From Lama guanicoe (taxonomy: Eukaryota), in assembly GCA_013239625.1 (NCBI GenBank), contig MU054187.1:15038974-15102973 (forward strand): a stretch of DNA of 64,000 nt, given 5' to 3'. Under the pieces are notes generated by a model, which worked only from the letters and a program-made list of their open reading frames with translations, ran no database searches and was not told where the DNA came from. This document shows, one piece after another, positions 38,430 to 50,649 of the stretch (positions are counted from its first letter, which is position 1; each line of letters starts with the position of its first letter). The position numbers and the translations under genes were made by a program.

Positions 38430-39140
38430 ATCATTGATTCTTTGAACAAATACTATTAAGTACATTGCTAGGATCTACAGGTTTAATGGTGAAATACAGA
38501 TCCCCCCCCATGTAACTCATGATTTATTGCAAGAAGAAGTGAACAGAGAAGTGAACATTGAAAATATAAAGTGTGCCATGATCATAGACATTTGGGATAT
38601 CTTGGGAACACAGAAGAGGGCCACTGAACCCAGACCTGAGATGGTCTGGAGAAAGTGAAAACCCAGCTGAACCCTAAAGGCAGAGTAGAGATTAACTATC
38701 AGGTGGGATGACTAGAGTGGAGTAGGGAGAAGACAGTCTAAGTAGAAGGAGTTACTTGGACAGTGACCTGGAGACAAAAGGAAGCATGGAATTTTTCAGG
38801 AAGTGATGGCCCTTGGGCCCTGTACAAAGGCAGTGGGACCAATAACCAGGGACTAGATCATCCAGGGTCTTGTCAGTTATTTGAAGGGTTTATAATTATC
38901 TTAAGGAAAAACAAACAAACAAAAAGCAGAAAGCCTTTGAAGGGATTTAAGTAAGGGAGTGAGAGGGTCAGGTTTTCATCTTAGAAATATTTCTCTGGTT
39001 GCAATTTAGAGAATGGTTTAGAAGGTGCAAGACTAGAAAGAGCAAGAATATGCAAGAGATGATGGTGGTTTGAATTAGGAAAGAGATAGTGAGAACCAAA
39101 AAAGCAGTTGAATTCACGGAGGCAGAATCTGTAAGAACTC
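38430..39140 (-). mobile_element. L2 3' portion
   Basis: tcattgattctttgaacaaatactattaag..., agaaagcctttgaagggatttaagtaagggagtga, gcaagagatgatggtggtttgaattagga. Confidence 0.8.
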
Positions 39141-40239
39141 AGAGAAAGTGATATTTCCATTCATAGAGCTTTCACAGGTGTACTTGGAAATAATGACCTA
39201 ACCAGTAGCCTTGCTGCATCTTAATTATTTTCAGGCATTTCTGGGGATGCATGTGCGTCAGGTCTAAGAATAACTAGTCAAAATGAATCGGAATTTTCAA
39301 AGATTGTTACATAAATTCATTATGTTGACTCAATTCAGGATTCAGCACAAATATCGGAACTTTTATTGTAATTAGGTTACCAATGATTTGTGTGCCACTG
39401 AGTATGAAACGAAAAATTGTAATGTAGTAAAAAATTGAGGAATGCAAACATGGTCTACAAGGTTGGCAAAAAAAGATCAGTCTTGATCTGCTTTAATGAG
39501 AGGATATTTAGCGTTAGTACATTTTGGGGAAATACTTCTCTTACAGTGTCCCTCTGTTCTAATTAATGACCAGTCTCTTTCCCTAACATCTTTTTAATTG
39601 GTTAATTTGCATGAAGACCCCCCACTTTGTCAGCCAGCACACAGAGTGAAGCTACACTCTTTTTGTGCCCAGCATGTGCTGAAGTTATTTAAAGTGGTGG
39701 GTGGCACAGTAAAACATTTCTTTCTTTTAGTTTGCCCACAGGGGGAATCCTTGATGTGTAGAAGGTGACAGATACTTTCTGGTTTTAATTTTGATCAGCA
39801 CTCTTAAAGAAAGATGGTGGCAAATTGTCTTGCCATTAGAAAGGGAAGATGATTATTAGTTTTCCTTAAAACAATGTTATGAAATACTTAGTTTAGACAA
39901 GGAAGGGCTGTTATTTTTTGAGGCTTTGGAAGTGGAGTTAGAGTTCTTGCTATATGACTGATATCTTGTCACATAATCATGTGCATAAAGAAAGTGGATT
40001 AACCTTACACACTATAGGGAGTAGGACCAGTAAGAATTCACGGAAGTTGAAGGGGCAAAGAATGTTTATTTATAAAGCATCTAACAATCCTAGTACAAGG
40101 AGGATGTGACTTAGGGTAACTGTTTTAAGTTATTCCACACGTGTTGTCATTGTATATTTGACTGTGTAGGTCAACCTGACCAAGGCAGGATGCTCCATTG
40201 ACCAAACAAGTTATGTTGGTTGAGAACTATGATTGTCAC

Positions 40240-40600
40240 TCACTGTTACAGATGCTCAGGATACATCAAGGAACAAAGGAGACTAAATTCCTCTGCTATA
40301 GTGTAGGAAGATTGACAATAACTGCAAAAAGTAAATTATATAGTATCTTAGAAGGTGGTCGGTGCTATGGAATAAAATAAAACAGGATTACAGGGTGAGG
40401 AAATGCAATTTTAAGTAGGATCGTGAGGTTGAGATGCAATTTTAAATGGGGTTGAGAAAGTGACTTTTTAGCAGAAATTTGGAGGTGGCACATGAAAGGA
40501 CTCGCAGCTAACTAGAGGATGGGGGGAGAGTGGTCCAGGCAGAGGAACTAACCAGTGCAGATTCTCTAGGGCAAGAGAAAGTCTTGAAGGTTCACAACAG
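40240..40600 (-). mobile_element. L2 fragment
   Basis: ttagaaggtggtcggtgctatggaataaaataaaacagga...tccaggcagaggaactaaccagtgca. Confidence 0.75.
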
Positions 40601-40629
40601 AAAACATCAAGGTTGAGGATGATGATACA

Positions 40630-41100
40630 TTTATAGCATAAAGATCAGGAGCTTTGGAATCAGACCACCTGGCTTCAAACCTTGCTGCACCTGTTAACAA
40701 TTTCAAGTAGAGTCTTAGTCCTTTTGTGTTGCTATAAGAAAGTACCACATATTGGATGGCTTGGTTCTTTCAGTTCTGGAGACTGAAGTCTAAGATATGG
40801 GTGCCAAGCATGGTGAGGGCCCTCTTCCAGGTTGCAGACTTCCCAAAGCATCCACAGATAATAGGAGGCGCAAGGGAGCTCTGTGGATTCTCTTTTATAA
40901 TGGTGCTAATCCCATTCATGTGGGCTCCACCTTCATAACCTTTATCACATCCCAAAGGGCCCACTCTCTCATACCATTACTTTGGAGGGTAGGATTTCAA
41001 TATATAAATTTTGGGGGGACACAAACATTCAGACCAGAGCAAGTATTGTTTAGCTAAGTTACTTCACCTCTTTGAGCTTTAGAGTCTTTACCTGGATTGA
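40630..41100 (+). mobile_element. MIR split by an MLT1A-like LTR
   Basis: The 5' half gctttggaatcagaccacctggcttcaaacc resumes after the LTR as aagttacttcacctctttgagc. Confidence 0.7.
40711..41041 (-). mobile_element. MaLR MLT1A-like solo LTR
   Basis: gtcttagtcc...cagttctggagactgaagtctaagat...ttttggggggacacaaacattcagaccagagca. Near-perfect 5-bp TSD agtag/agtat. Confidence 0.9.
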
Positions 41101-41722
41101 GCACAGAGGAGGTTTTGAAGTTCTGCTCATGACAATGTGGGTTCTTTTCACACAATGGAGTTATTATCTTGTAGTAAAAAAATAGATGGATTTTATATGG
41201 CACCGAGGAGCAGACTTTGAAACTAGTATGGGAGTGAAGGGGAGTTCAGTGCTCCAGTGGATGGCAGTGTGAGTCAACAATCATGCTGTCTGAGGCTGAG
41301 TGGTGTAATGAAGAGCAATTGAGAACTGATAATAAGGCATTTATAGTCTGTATTATTTATTGAGTGTCTAACGTGTACAACAACCTGTGACATCCATTTT
41401 ATATAGTTACACAGTTTCTTATTTAACCCAGACTTAAGAAAGTCAATTCGATCTCTTCTCTCTCTGCCTTTCCCTCCCCGCCCGGAGAAGGTTTTCTGCC
41501 GTAGCTCAGTTCTCATCTGCCCTTTTGCAGCTGCTTCACCCTGTTGTTGCTTTCTTTGCTCTTTTGGTTGTCTGTGTGGTTGTTTAGTTGATGAAAGCAA
41601 AAACACCACATTTACATTTGTCCTTTTAATTCCAAAATTATTTCATAGTTTTCTCCTTTGGAGAAAACTGAACCTTCATTTTCCATTTTAATTCTCCCTG
41701 TTTCTTAGTACAGTGAATTCTT

Positions 41723-42142
41723 TTTTGTTTGTTTTTATTTATTTTTCATTGAAGTATAGCTGATTTACAATGTTGTATTAGTTTCAGGTGTCCAGAAAAG
41801 TGATTCAATTATACATACACATGTATATATATTCTTTTTCAGATTCTTTTCCATTATAGGTTATTATAAGATACTGAATATAGTTCCCTGTGCTATACAG
41901 TAGGTCCTGGCTGTTTATCTATTTTACATATAGTAGTATGTGTATGTTAATCCCAAATTCCTACTTTATCCCTTCCCTAAACCCCTTTCCTTTATGGTAA
42001 CCATAGTTTGTTTTCTATGTCTGTGAGTCTATTTCTGGTTTGTAAATAAGTTCATTTGTATCATATTTTTTTTTAAAGATTCCATGTATAAATTATATCA
42101 TATGGTATCAGTCTTTCTCTGTCTGACTTCACTAAATAAGTT
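41723..42142 (-). mobile_element. 5'-truncated cetartiodactyl-type L1 3' end
   Basis: attgaagtatagctgatttacaatgttgtattagtttcaggtg...gttccctgtgctatacagtagg. Perfect 11-bp TSD agtgaattctt at 41712-41722 and 42143-42153. Confidence 0.93.
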
Positions 42143-43050
42143 AGTGAATTCTTAAATGGTTGTTGACTGGCTGAATGAAACTTAATGGGGATCAAAAGAA
42201 GAGGGAACAGAGAATTCTTTTTCTTCTAAATTATGTGTCTTGTTTTTAAGCAAATGTGTCTGATTGAGAACCTAGGTACCAGGTAATAGGCAACATGAAC
42301 ATAAATCACTCTTCTCTGGTTTTGCAAAGTGTCAGAGGCATTATTTCACTACAGATAATATCCTACAACTTATGAAAACATATGTTTATATTCTGCCTTG
42401 TTTGGTGGTATAGAAAGGTGTTTCCTTCATTTTTTCACATTGTTAGATAATGGCCTGGTGGTCTTTGCATTCTGGCTCTGGTCCATTAGCTTGATGCCTT
42501 CAGAAATTTAATTATTAAATCACATACACCTGTTGAATAACTGCATCATATATATTTAAGCCTGTATATAGATATTCTATTTCCCTCTTTTCTGTGTAAT
42601 TTCTTTTTCATTGTTAATAACAGAAATAATCAGCATATCATCAATAATTTATTTAGCTTAGTTTCAACACCTCCTGACCCTAAAAATTCCTAATAAGGTG
42701 AAAATTCTTTCTTAGGGTTCAGAGAACAAGTGAAAATGCATAGCCAAAGGTGAAAAGGTTCAACATTATGATGAAAGGGAAAGCATATTTGACTTGGTTC
42801 TCCCTTTTGTGCCACTATCTCAACTGACTCTTCCATCCCCTTCATTCCATATAACTTTCTTAAGGCTGTTTTCTTGGGTTGATTTAAGAAAGTGATGGGG
42901 ATGCTTCATTACCAGTGGCCCCAGAGGTTTCTGGCTTCAGATTAGTTCTTCATCTATTCACTTATTTTCTAAGCCAGCTGTCTTCCTACTTCCGGGAGAA
43001 GAAAGGGCATGGCGCTGAGAGAGGACTTTTTCCTCTCTGTACTCAGAAGG

Positions 43051-43686
43051 TGAAAGGAGTAGAACCCCGTGGGGGACCTCTCAGGAACGAGCCTCTCTCT
43101 GTCTCCCACCTCTTATTTATGAAAAAAGCTTCAGTCTCCCAGGCCTCCCTGAGTCCCGAAGAACAGGCTCAAGCAATTAATCATTTAAGAAGGGGCAGAA
43201 TTAGGAAAAAAGAAGAGGCAGTTGAACAAGGAAAGAGATAATAAACAATAAGTGCAACTGTGGGATGGGGTTCTAAGACCCTAGTTCTCCTTGAGGAAAG
43301 CAGATAACGTCTGACACTCATTGTTGTTTTTACAGAAACCAGACTCCCACCAGGTAAAAACTGCTGACCTCAAACAAGTAGACCCTGGACTGGTTGGAGT
43401 CACAAGATTGATGATCAAGATTCCTGAAACAGCTACCTCACCACCAACTAATCATAAAATTCCCTATGAGCTGATCATGTATCCTGCAACTCTCTCCCTT
43501 AACAGTGTTATTAAAAACCCTTGTTTGGAAGCCATTGGGGAGCTCAGGTCTCTTGAGTATGAGCTACCCATTCTCCTTGCTTGACAACCTGCAGTAAACA
43601 CTGTACCTTCTTTTACCACAAACTGGTATCAGCAGATTGGCCTTGCTACACATGGAGCCAGAGAATCTGATTTCAGTTAGGTAACA
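43051..43686 (+). mobile_element. ERV1-class solo LTR, 636 bp
   Basis: TG...GTAACA termini and a perfect 4-bp TSD AAGG at 43047-43050 and 43687-43690. The 3' half is homologous to the LTR at 3587-4036. Confidence 0.88.
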
Positions 43687-44701
43687 AAGGTCTCTTTGTT
43701 TGCATTCTTTTAACTCCAAAGGGAAATTATTCTCTTTTGAACATGATAAACATGAATCCTAAAATTCTCCACCCAATGGATAGCCTAGGGCACTCTATTC
43801 TAATTGAGAAAGGCCTGTGTTATTCCATTTTGTTGACCCAAATTACAGAACAATAAATATAAACTTCCTATGACATTTCTGCCAGTAGGTCCTAGGCTGC
43901 CCTTGGGTTGATGAGCCAGAAAGTTACTCTGGAGTCCTTTCCAAGCTGTTTTTAGTTAATTTAGGAGGAAAAAACATTTGAAGCAATAAATTTATGCTGA
44001 CTGGGCTTCATAGAATAAGACCCTGTTACTAAAATATTTTAAAATCACTGCTTGTACACTGGAAATGACAGCTGTGCACAACTCTACAGATATCTACAAT
44101 ATACTGAGTAATCAAAGTAAACAAAGCAGATACTTTTCACCTGCAATAAACAGCAGAGCCATTTGCTTACTCTTCTCTGTCCATTTGATGTGTGGTTCTT
44201 ATTAATAGGTCCCCAGATGCAACAATTATCAGACTGGTTCATGAGAAACAAATCAAGTGTATGAGCAGACTCAAAGTTGTTTTCCAAATGTTATTTAAAA
44301 TTTATAGTCAACAAAATGGATCCATTTGAAAGTAAAAAGAGAGAAGCGTTTTTTGGCTTGGATTAAACAAAGATTGACTGATGAACTTATGAATAAATGA
44401 CACCACTTCACTGCATCTTGTCTTGCACACCCACCACCATTTCCTTCTTCATATGAATGACTACTTTGAAAATCAAATATCCTCTTTTTAAATTCAAGTT
44501 GGACACTTCCTTTCCTACAATTCAGTATTTCAAAGGATGCATATAGTTTCATTTTCAGGGAAGGATAAAGCATAAGCAAGGAATTGAAGCTTTTATTTTT
44601 GCCATCACTTGGAAATAATCATAGTTATCTTCGCATGCATTTTATATCTAGCTCTTTAGAAGCAATTGTTCACCCATTCATTGTTAGTAAGTGAATATAT
44701 A

Positions 44702-45143
44702 TGTACTAGTCTGCTCAGGCTGCTAAAACAAAATACCATAGCTGGTGAGCTTAAACATCAGTGACTTCTCACAGTTCTAGAGGCTGAGAACTCTAAGATC
44801 AAGATACTAGCCAATTACAGTTCTGATAAGGGTTCTATTCCTAGCTTATAGATAGCTATCTTCTTGCTGTGTCCTCAGATGGTGGAAAGAGGGAGAGAGA
44901 GGAAGGGAGTGAGGGAGAGGGAGAGAGAGGAAGGGAGCGAGGGAGAGAGAGAGAGAGGAAGGGAGGGAGGGAGAGGGAGAGAGAGGAAGGGAGCGAGGGA
45001 GAGAGAGAGAGAGGAAGGGAGGGAGGGAGAGGGAGAGAGAGGAAGGGAGCGAGGGAGAGAGAGAGAGAGGAAGAACTGAAGTCTCATCTTCTTATAAGGG
45101 CACTAATCCTATGATGAGGACCTCACCCTAATGACCTCATAAC
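44702..45143 (-). mobile_element. MaLR MLT1A/B-like LTR containing an expanded purine repeat
   Basis: tgtactagtctgctcaggctgctaaaacaaaatacca...tctcacagttctagaggctgagaactctaagatcaag...cttataagggcactaatcc. Confidence 0.85.
44888..45073. repeat. Polypurine minisatellite: 28-bp monomer organised as a 56-bp higher-order unit
   Basis: GGAAG-anchored units start at 44901, 44929, 44957, 44985, 45013, 45041 and 45069 (last one partial). Confidence 0.95.
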
Positions 45144-45651
45144 ACAAAAATTCAGTCTGTAACAGCATGTTTACTGAGCGCTCACTAGACGCGGAGTACT
45201 GTGCTAAAACTAGTGCTCAGTGATGAACGGGCTCCCTACTTAAGGGTTTAGTGGGAAACAAAAGGAATAACAGAAGGCATAGGGTATGCGAAGTGTGAGT
45301 GGTCATAAAAACGTGCAGGAATGGGATAGTACCTAGCCTACTTCATGAATAACCTCACCTGTTATTTCAATCTTATCTTAGTTGTAAAAATATGATAGTT
45401 TCCAAATAGTTTCTTCCACTTGTGTCTTTTGATTTTCAAATTAATTTATTTCCCAATCCTATCAGAGCAGGTGGCTTCTGACATAGGGTATCACATTATA
45501 TCCATGCTCTTGTGACCTGAATTTTCTTAAACTTTGTGTTTTTAGCTTCTAAAGGCACAGACATGCATGACCTCCTTTCTGTGTGGAAATACAATGTAGC
45601 ATTTCCTCAAACAACAGAACTGCCTTCAGTCTCTGTCTGCCCTCTCCTTTA

Positions 45652-46160
45652 AGAATCAGTGATCAAAACCCTCCAAACAAAAGTCCAGAACCAAGAATCT
45701 TCAATGGTGAATCCTACCAAAGATTAAAAGAATTAATAACTATCTTTCTCAAACTCTTTCAAAAAATAGAAGAGGAGAGAACCCGTCCATACTCATTTTA
45801 TAAGGCCAGCATTACCCTGAAACCAAAACCAAAGATGTCAAAAGAAAACAGAATTACAGGCCAATATCCTGGATGAACACAGATGCAAAAATCCTCAACA
45901 AAATATTAACAAATCAAATTCAACAATACAGAAAAAGGATCATACACCATCATCAAGTGGGATTTATTTCAGGTGTGCAAGAATGGTTGACTAAGTCCAA
46001 CCCAGTCAATGTGATACATACACCACATTAACAAAATGAAGGACAATCATATGATCATCTCAGTAGATACAGAAAAAGCATATGGCCAAATTTAACATCC
46101 ACTTATGATAAAAACTCTCAACCAAGCAGATATAATGGGAACATAATATAATAAAGGCCA
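45652..46160 (+). mobile_element. L1 ORF2 internal fragment (start of RT)
   Basis: Translates to KSPEP..FNGESYQ..IFLKLFQKIEEE...[13 protein letters not shown] and continues gatgcaaaaatcctcaacaaaatatt. Confidence 0.92.
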
Positions 46161-46929
46161 GTATCTGGCACATAACAAGCATGCCACAAAAAAACTTGAA
46201 AATAATTCCTAATAATTTTGGATCATAATATGATAATACTTTTTCTAGGACTGTTTTAGGATTTCATGCAGTATCAAATTATGCACTTACATCCAAACAA
46301 AGCACCCACTCCTTCTGCCTCTCTCACATGTGATGGAGCTCATAAAGAATGAGATGAGAGAGTGAAGACTGCTTGGGGTCTTCATCACCCCTCCTGGGAG
46401 ATAAACTTTTGTTGGTGAAGGCCAATTCCAAGAGGAGCTCTGTGGACAGATGCTGGGGGAAAACAATATCCCTTCACTGTTTTGCTGGGGGCGGTGGGGT
46501 TCTTGGGGGATGATCCTGTCAGCATATGTGAGAGGCATACACTGTCCTGCTTCCATCCCCAGTCTGATTTTGAACCTGAGGGGTTAAAGATATCTTGCTA
46601 TAGGGATTATGATTTTTAGATATTGCTGAAAGAAGTTATATGTGTTTTTCATATTAAGAAAACAGCAGTTATGACTGGGTGCCATAATTAACATCGACAG
46701 TTTATAAATTTTTGCTGAAAATAAAACCATGGCTATTGGTTTCTCCTATTTCAGGACCCATGGCATTCACTGATTTGACTCTGGAAATATCTGGATTCAC
46801 TACTATTAACATTTCTAAATACAGTGGGTTATCTTTGGTCTGAAGGAAGAAAAATCTATGCCATCTGGTATCTCCACCATTAGCAGAGGGAGTAATGTGA
46901 AAGTTGATGTGATGAGCGGATGGTTGGCT

Positions 46930-47190
46930 TAGTTAAGTGAGCTAACTGTTGACTCAGTCTTTCTGTAATTCAAATCCTGATTCCACATTTGCTAAGTATG
47001 TCAGTTGGCCCCTTTCATAACCCGTGTCTCAGTTTTCTCATCTGTAAAATGAGACAATGGCAGTACCTACCCATTAGAGTGGCTATGGTAACTTAGGAGG
47101 ATTTTGTGAGGATTAAATGAGGTAATGCATGTGACACATGTAGAACAATGTCTAGCAGAAGATAAACACTCAATAAATACTAGTTATTAT
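46930..47190 (+). mobile_element. MIR SINE
   Basis: gtctcagttttctcatctgtaaaatgag...gtgaggattaaatgaggtaatgcatgtg...ctcaataaatactagttatt. Confidence 0.85.
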
Positions 47191-49194
47191 ACAAAGGAGT
47201 TTGAGAATCCCTATAAACACTATAAACACCAGGGAATTCAGCTAAGTCTGGTTTATTGAGGAGCCCTTGTCATCTTCTTTTATTAATTGGAGAGCATTAC
47301 AGGCTTTCTCATACCACCTTAACTAAGCTTAGTATTTATCTGGGGCTCTCTCTAAACTTACAGAGAGCCCTAAGCCAGTGTACTAAGCAGGGAATATATC
47401 CAGAACTTCTTTAAGTTACTTTCCAAAAACAACAAAAATCTCTGGACATGTAATACTATTTGAGGCAGCATTTAATCTCTGGGAGGATTGTGGACTGTCA
47501 GTTTGGAACTACAAAAGCCATCGAGATATATATTTTGTGTCCAAGTGCCTCTGAGTGACCTCAGTGAATTCAAGTCCTGCATTATGCACTTGGTATATCA
47601 GATCATAGGTGAATTTGGGAGAGATCACATGCATTCATTCAAAGCACAGGGAGTTCCCCTATTCTGACAGGAGCAACACTCGACAGCGGTGAACCTAAGG
47701 CTGAGCAGTAAGGTAGGAAAGAAAAAAGAAAATTTGCGATAGATAGAATTGCTTGAAACAATAAGTTAACAATATAGATCACAATAAAAAATGTTCTTTA
47801 TGTCATTAAAATGGAAGAGTTCACTTCCCTGAGGGTGAGGCCTTTACGTTTTCAGACATTTGCCATCACTTGCAGGCATTGCCTTAGGTGACTAGTAAGT
47901 GGTGGTGAGGACACCTGCACTGCCCTCTGCTTTCCTGAGAATTATAGCACAGAGTACATGTCAGTGAGAGACAGAGTTGTCTTGTCTCTGAAGCTGAAAT
48001 CCTGGATGTTCTCAGGAGGGCAATAATTGTGAAAAACAAGCTAGCAGCAAGTACATATCTGGCTCCCTCGGGTAATTCCTCAAAGCCTACTGATGAGGCA
48101 AGTTTACAGGATCCACTCTCCCTGAGCCAGCGTCTGACACCAGCACCTCTGGCAGAGAGAAGCCTGGCTGGAACTTACAAGTGTAGGCCAAAAGGGCGGG
48201 TCAGAAAGGCTTGATGTGGTTTATCTCATTAGGGAAACAGAAGAGAGTTATGACCTCACCCTTAGCTCGGAGGCTTTACAGTGTTTTGGCAGAAAGACAC
48301 TGGCCTTGGGGTTAAGTTTGCAGAAAGCCCACGTCAATAGAGGGAAACTCTGTGGCCACCTGTGTACTTTGGCTGTGATTGTGTGTATGCAATAAGTAAC
48401 AAGTGCATTCGGAGGCCTGGGAAAGTATAGGGAAGCAGAAGTTGGGGTAGGTGAGGCTGAATAAGATCCGTTTTCTCATGATACCCATGGGCATCACTTC
48501 GCAATACCATGCATATAGCTTGACTGACCTGCTCAGGTTCATTTCAAAGTTCACTGTGAAGCTGGGAGGAAGGCAGCTGCCAGTTGGCACGTGCTATGGA
48601 GGGATCCTGAGGTCAGAATTGATCTGGACAGGCGACCTAGGTACAAAATAGGGGAAAGACCCTGAAGCAATTGAGGATTGGTTCCGAGGAGTGAAGATCA
48701 AGTTGAAAGTGAAACTCTGAAGATGAGCAATGAACTTGAATCAGGGAGGTCCCGGGGGCTGACGGTTTCAGGCTGATGCTGTGTATACAGAAGGGGAACA
48801 TGACTCTAGTCCCTTCTCATGTGGGGGATGTTTACGTGGCAAGTGGAGGGGCTGGGAGGCAGGAATGGAGACTTAAAAGAAGGTGTGCAGGCAACATCAA
48901 CTCAGAAACCAAAATTTCCTATCTGCACATGTAAGAGTGTTATTACAACTGACCTCAGTTAGGCAGCAACTTAAAAACAAAGTATGGCTTAGAAGAGTAA
49001 TTACTCCATTACCATTTAACTCAGCTATACTTTGAAGGAATGGAAAGGAAATTTGACTTAAAAAAGCTTTTCCACTGATGTGAAAAAACAAACTTGCCTA
49101 GCCATAAGTACTCCAGTCTTGTGTTGTTCTTGGTTTTGCAGTCCTTGCCTTTTGACAGGTACATAAATTATATTGCTTTTGATTAACCAATAAT

Positions 49195-49380
49195 AATAAT
49201 AATGCCATTCATTTGTAGAGTGTTTCACGGAGGCTTAAAATGTTCTCACTTCTATGACCTCATTTTCTCCTAATAAGTCTGTGAACTATTATTATCAATC
49301 TATTTTAATAGAGAAGTCTTATTTTATGGGTGGGATCAGAAGTAATAGGTACAGGGCTAGAATCTAGTTCTTCATTCTGA
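49195..49380 (-). mobile_element. MIR SINE
   Basis: aataatgccattcatttgtagagtgtttcac...cctcattttctcctaataagtctgtga. Confidence 0.6.
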
Positions 49381-50649
49381 TTACAATGAAGAACATGTAC
49401 TGTTTTCTGAATTTTAAGTTAAAACAACCTCCATTACAATGTTTTGGCTTGTCTTATATAGTTATTTTATTTTAGTTGTTTTATTTCCCACTTTTAAAAC
49501 TATACTTCAAAAAGATGTTTGTGTGTGTGTGTGAGTATGTGGAAAAATAACTGAAATATTATTATTTTATATTGAGGACAGTTGATCAAAACCCTCAGCC
49601 TGTAGTTATTCAGGCCCATTCCCTACAGAATTGGTGACTTTATTTAGAGTCAAGCGATCAGTTAGCATCCATTGCCTTTGAAAGTATTTGGTTAACATTA
49701 AATTCACTGGACAACATATTGTGATATACCAAGTGGTCATCTGAAGTTTTGAAAGAATTAATGTGCTTACACGAGTTTACTTCCATGGTTTGCTGATTTT
49801 GGTTCCTCCATTTTTAACACTACTTTCCACCAATATTGGTTTCACTTGACTATGTTCCTTGAGGCACAGCACTCACTTGAGACATGAAGCCAGAGCCCAA
49901 GGATCCTAAGCCATCAAGGGGCCTCTGTTACTGGGGAGGATGTACATTCTTTCTTTTGGCAGTGGAGATGAGCATGTGGGAGGCACTGGTTGAAGGCCAG
50001 AAGAAAAAGGCATTACCTCACTGCATTTATCACAGTGGCATATCTGAGTTCTGAGAAAATAATTTGAACCACATCTCAGGTCAAGCAATTTCATTCTGAA
50101 AAACTGGATCTATGCTTTTAGGCTTGATACCGGAGTAAGAGAAGAGAGGGCAGAGATGTCTCTGGAACTACAAGTGGAAAAAGTTATTTCAAACCTTTAT
50201 TATCAGGTGGCAATAGAGATGAGTTTGGGTTTAACTTATCTCAGCATTCCTCATAGCGCAGCCACAAGATTAAGGTCAGTTTAGATCCCTATTTTTAGTG
50301 AGGACATTTTGCAGATGGAGAAACAGTTCTTGGGATCTGGGCACATCTGAAGCATAATTCCAAGCTCTGGAGTGCTCAATCTTGCTGGACTGTTGGAAAA
50401 AGCAAGGTATAAATCTCTGAAGTCTGATTTGAGGAACAAATACTAAGAATTCTTTCTCTTCCCCAAATCATCTCCACTTTGTTAAAACAGCATCACCTTT
50501 CTGTCTTCAAGATTTTTATAAGAAACCTGCATTTTTTCATTTGCTTAAGGTGCAGCTAATCTGGAGAATGGTAGCTGGTTATTATTTTTGAAGAAATCAG
50601 TTTATCTGATTGTTTCACAGGTACCTACCTAACAGAGATTAAGGATCTA

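Noticed and set aside
3587..43686. Two related LTRs in the same orientation as the ends of one ~40 kb provirus or composite element
   Set aside because: Each has its own distinct TSD (ATGG and AAGG), they differ in length and sequence, and no gag/pol/env adjoins either. They are independent solo LTRs.
44864..45114. Arg/Glu/Gly-rich ORFs, or a CRISPR-like array
   Set aside because: The ORFs are translations of a purine minisatellite. There are no unique spacers and no cas genes, and the context is eukaryotic.
37290..46160. The L1 piece at 45.65 kb as the displaced continuation of the L1 ending at 37.6 kb
   Set aside because: The two overlap by about 300 bp of the same ORF2 region (KSxGPDGF...IxLxPKP) and differ in sequence, so they are separate copies.
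48138..48160. CTCF-like motif (also considered at ~4740 and ~21185)
   Set aside because: Each has several mismatches or a spacing error against the core consensus and is not distinguishable from chance.
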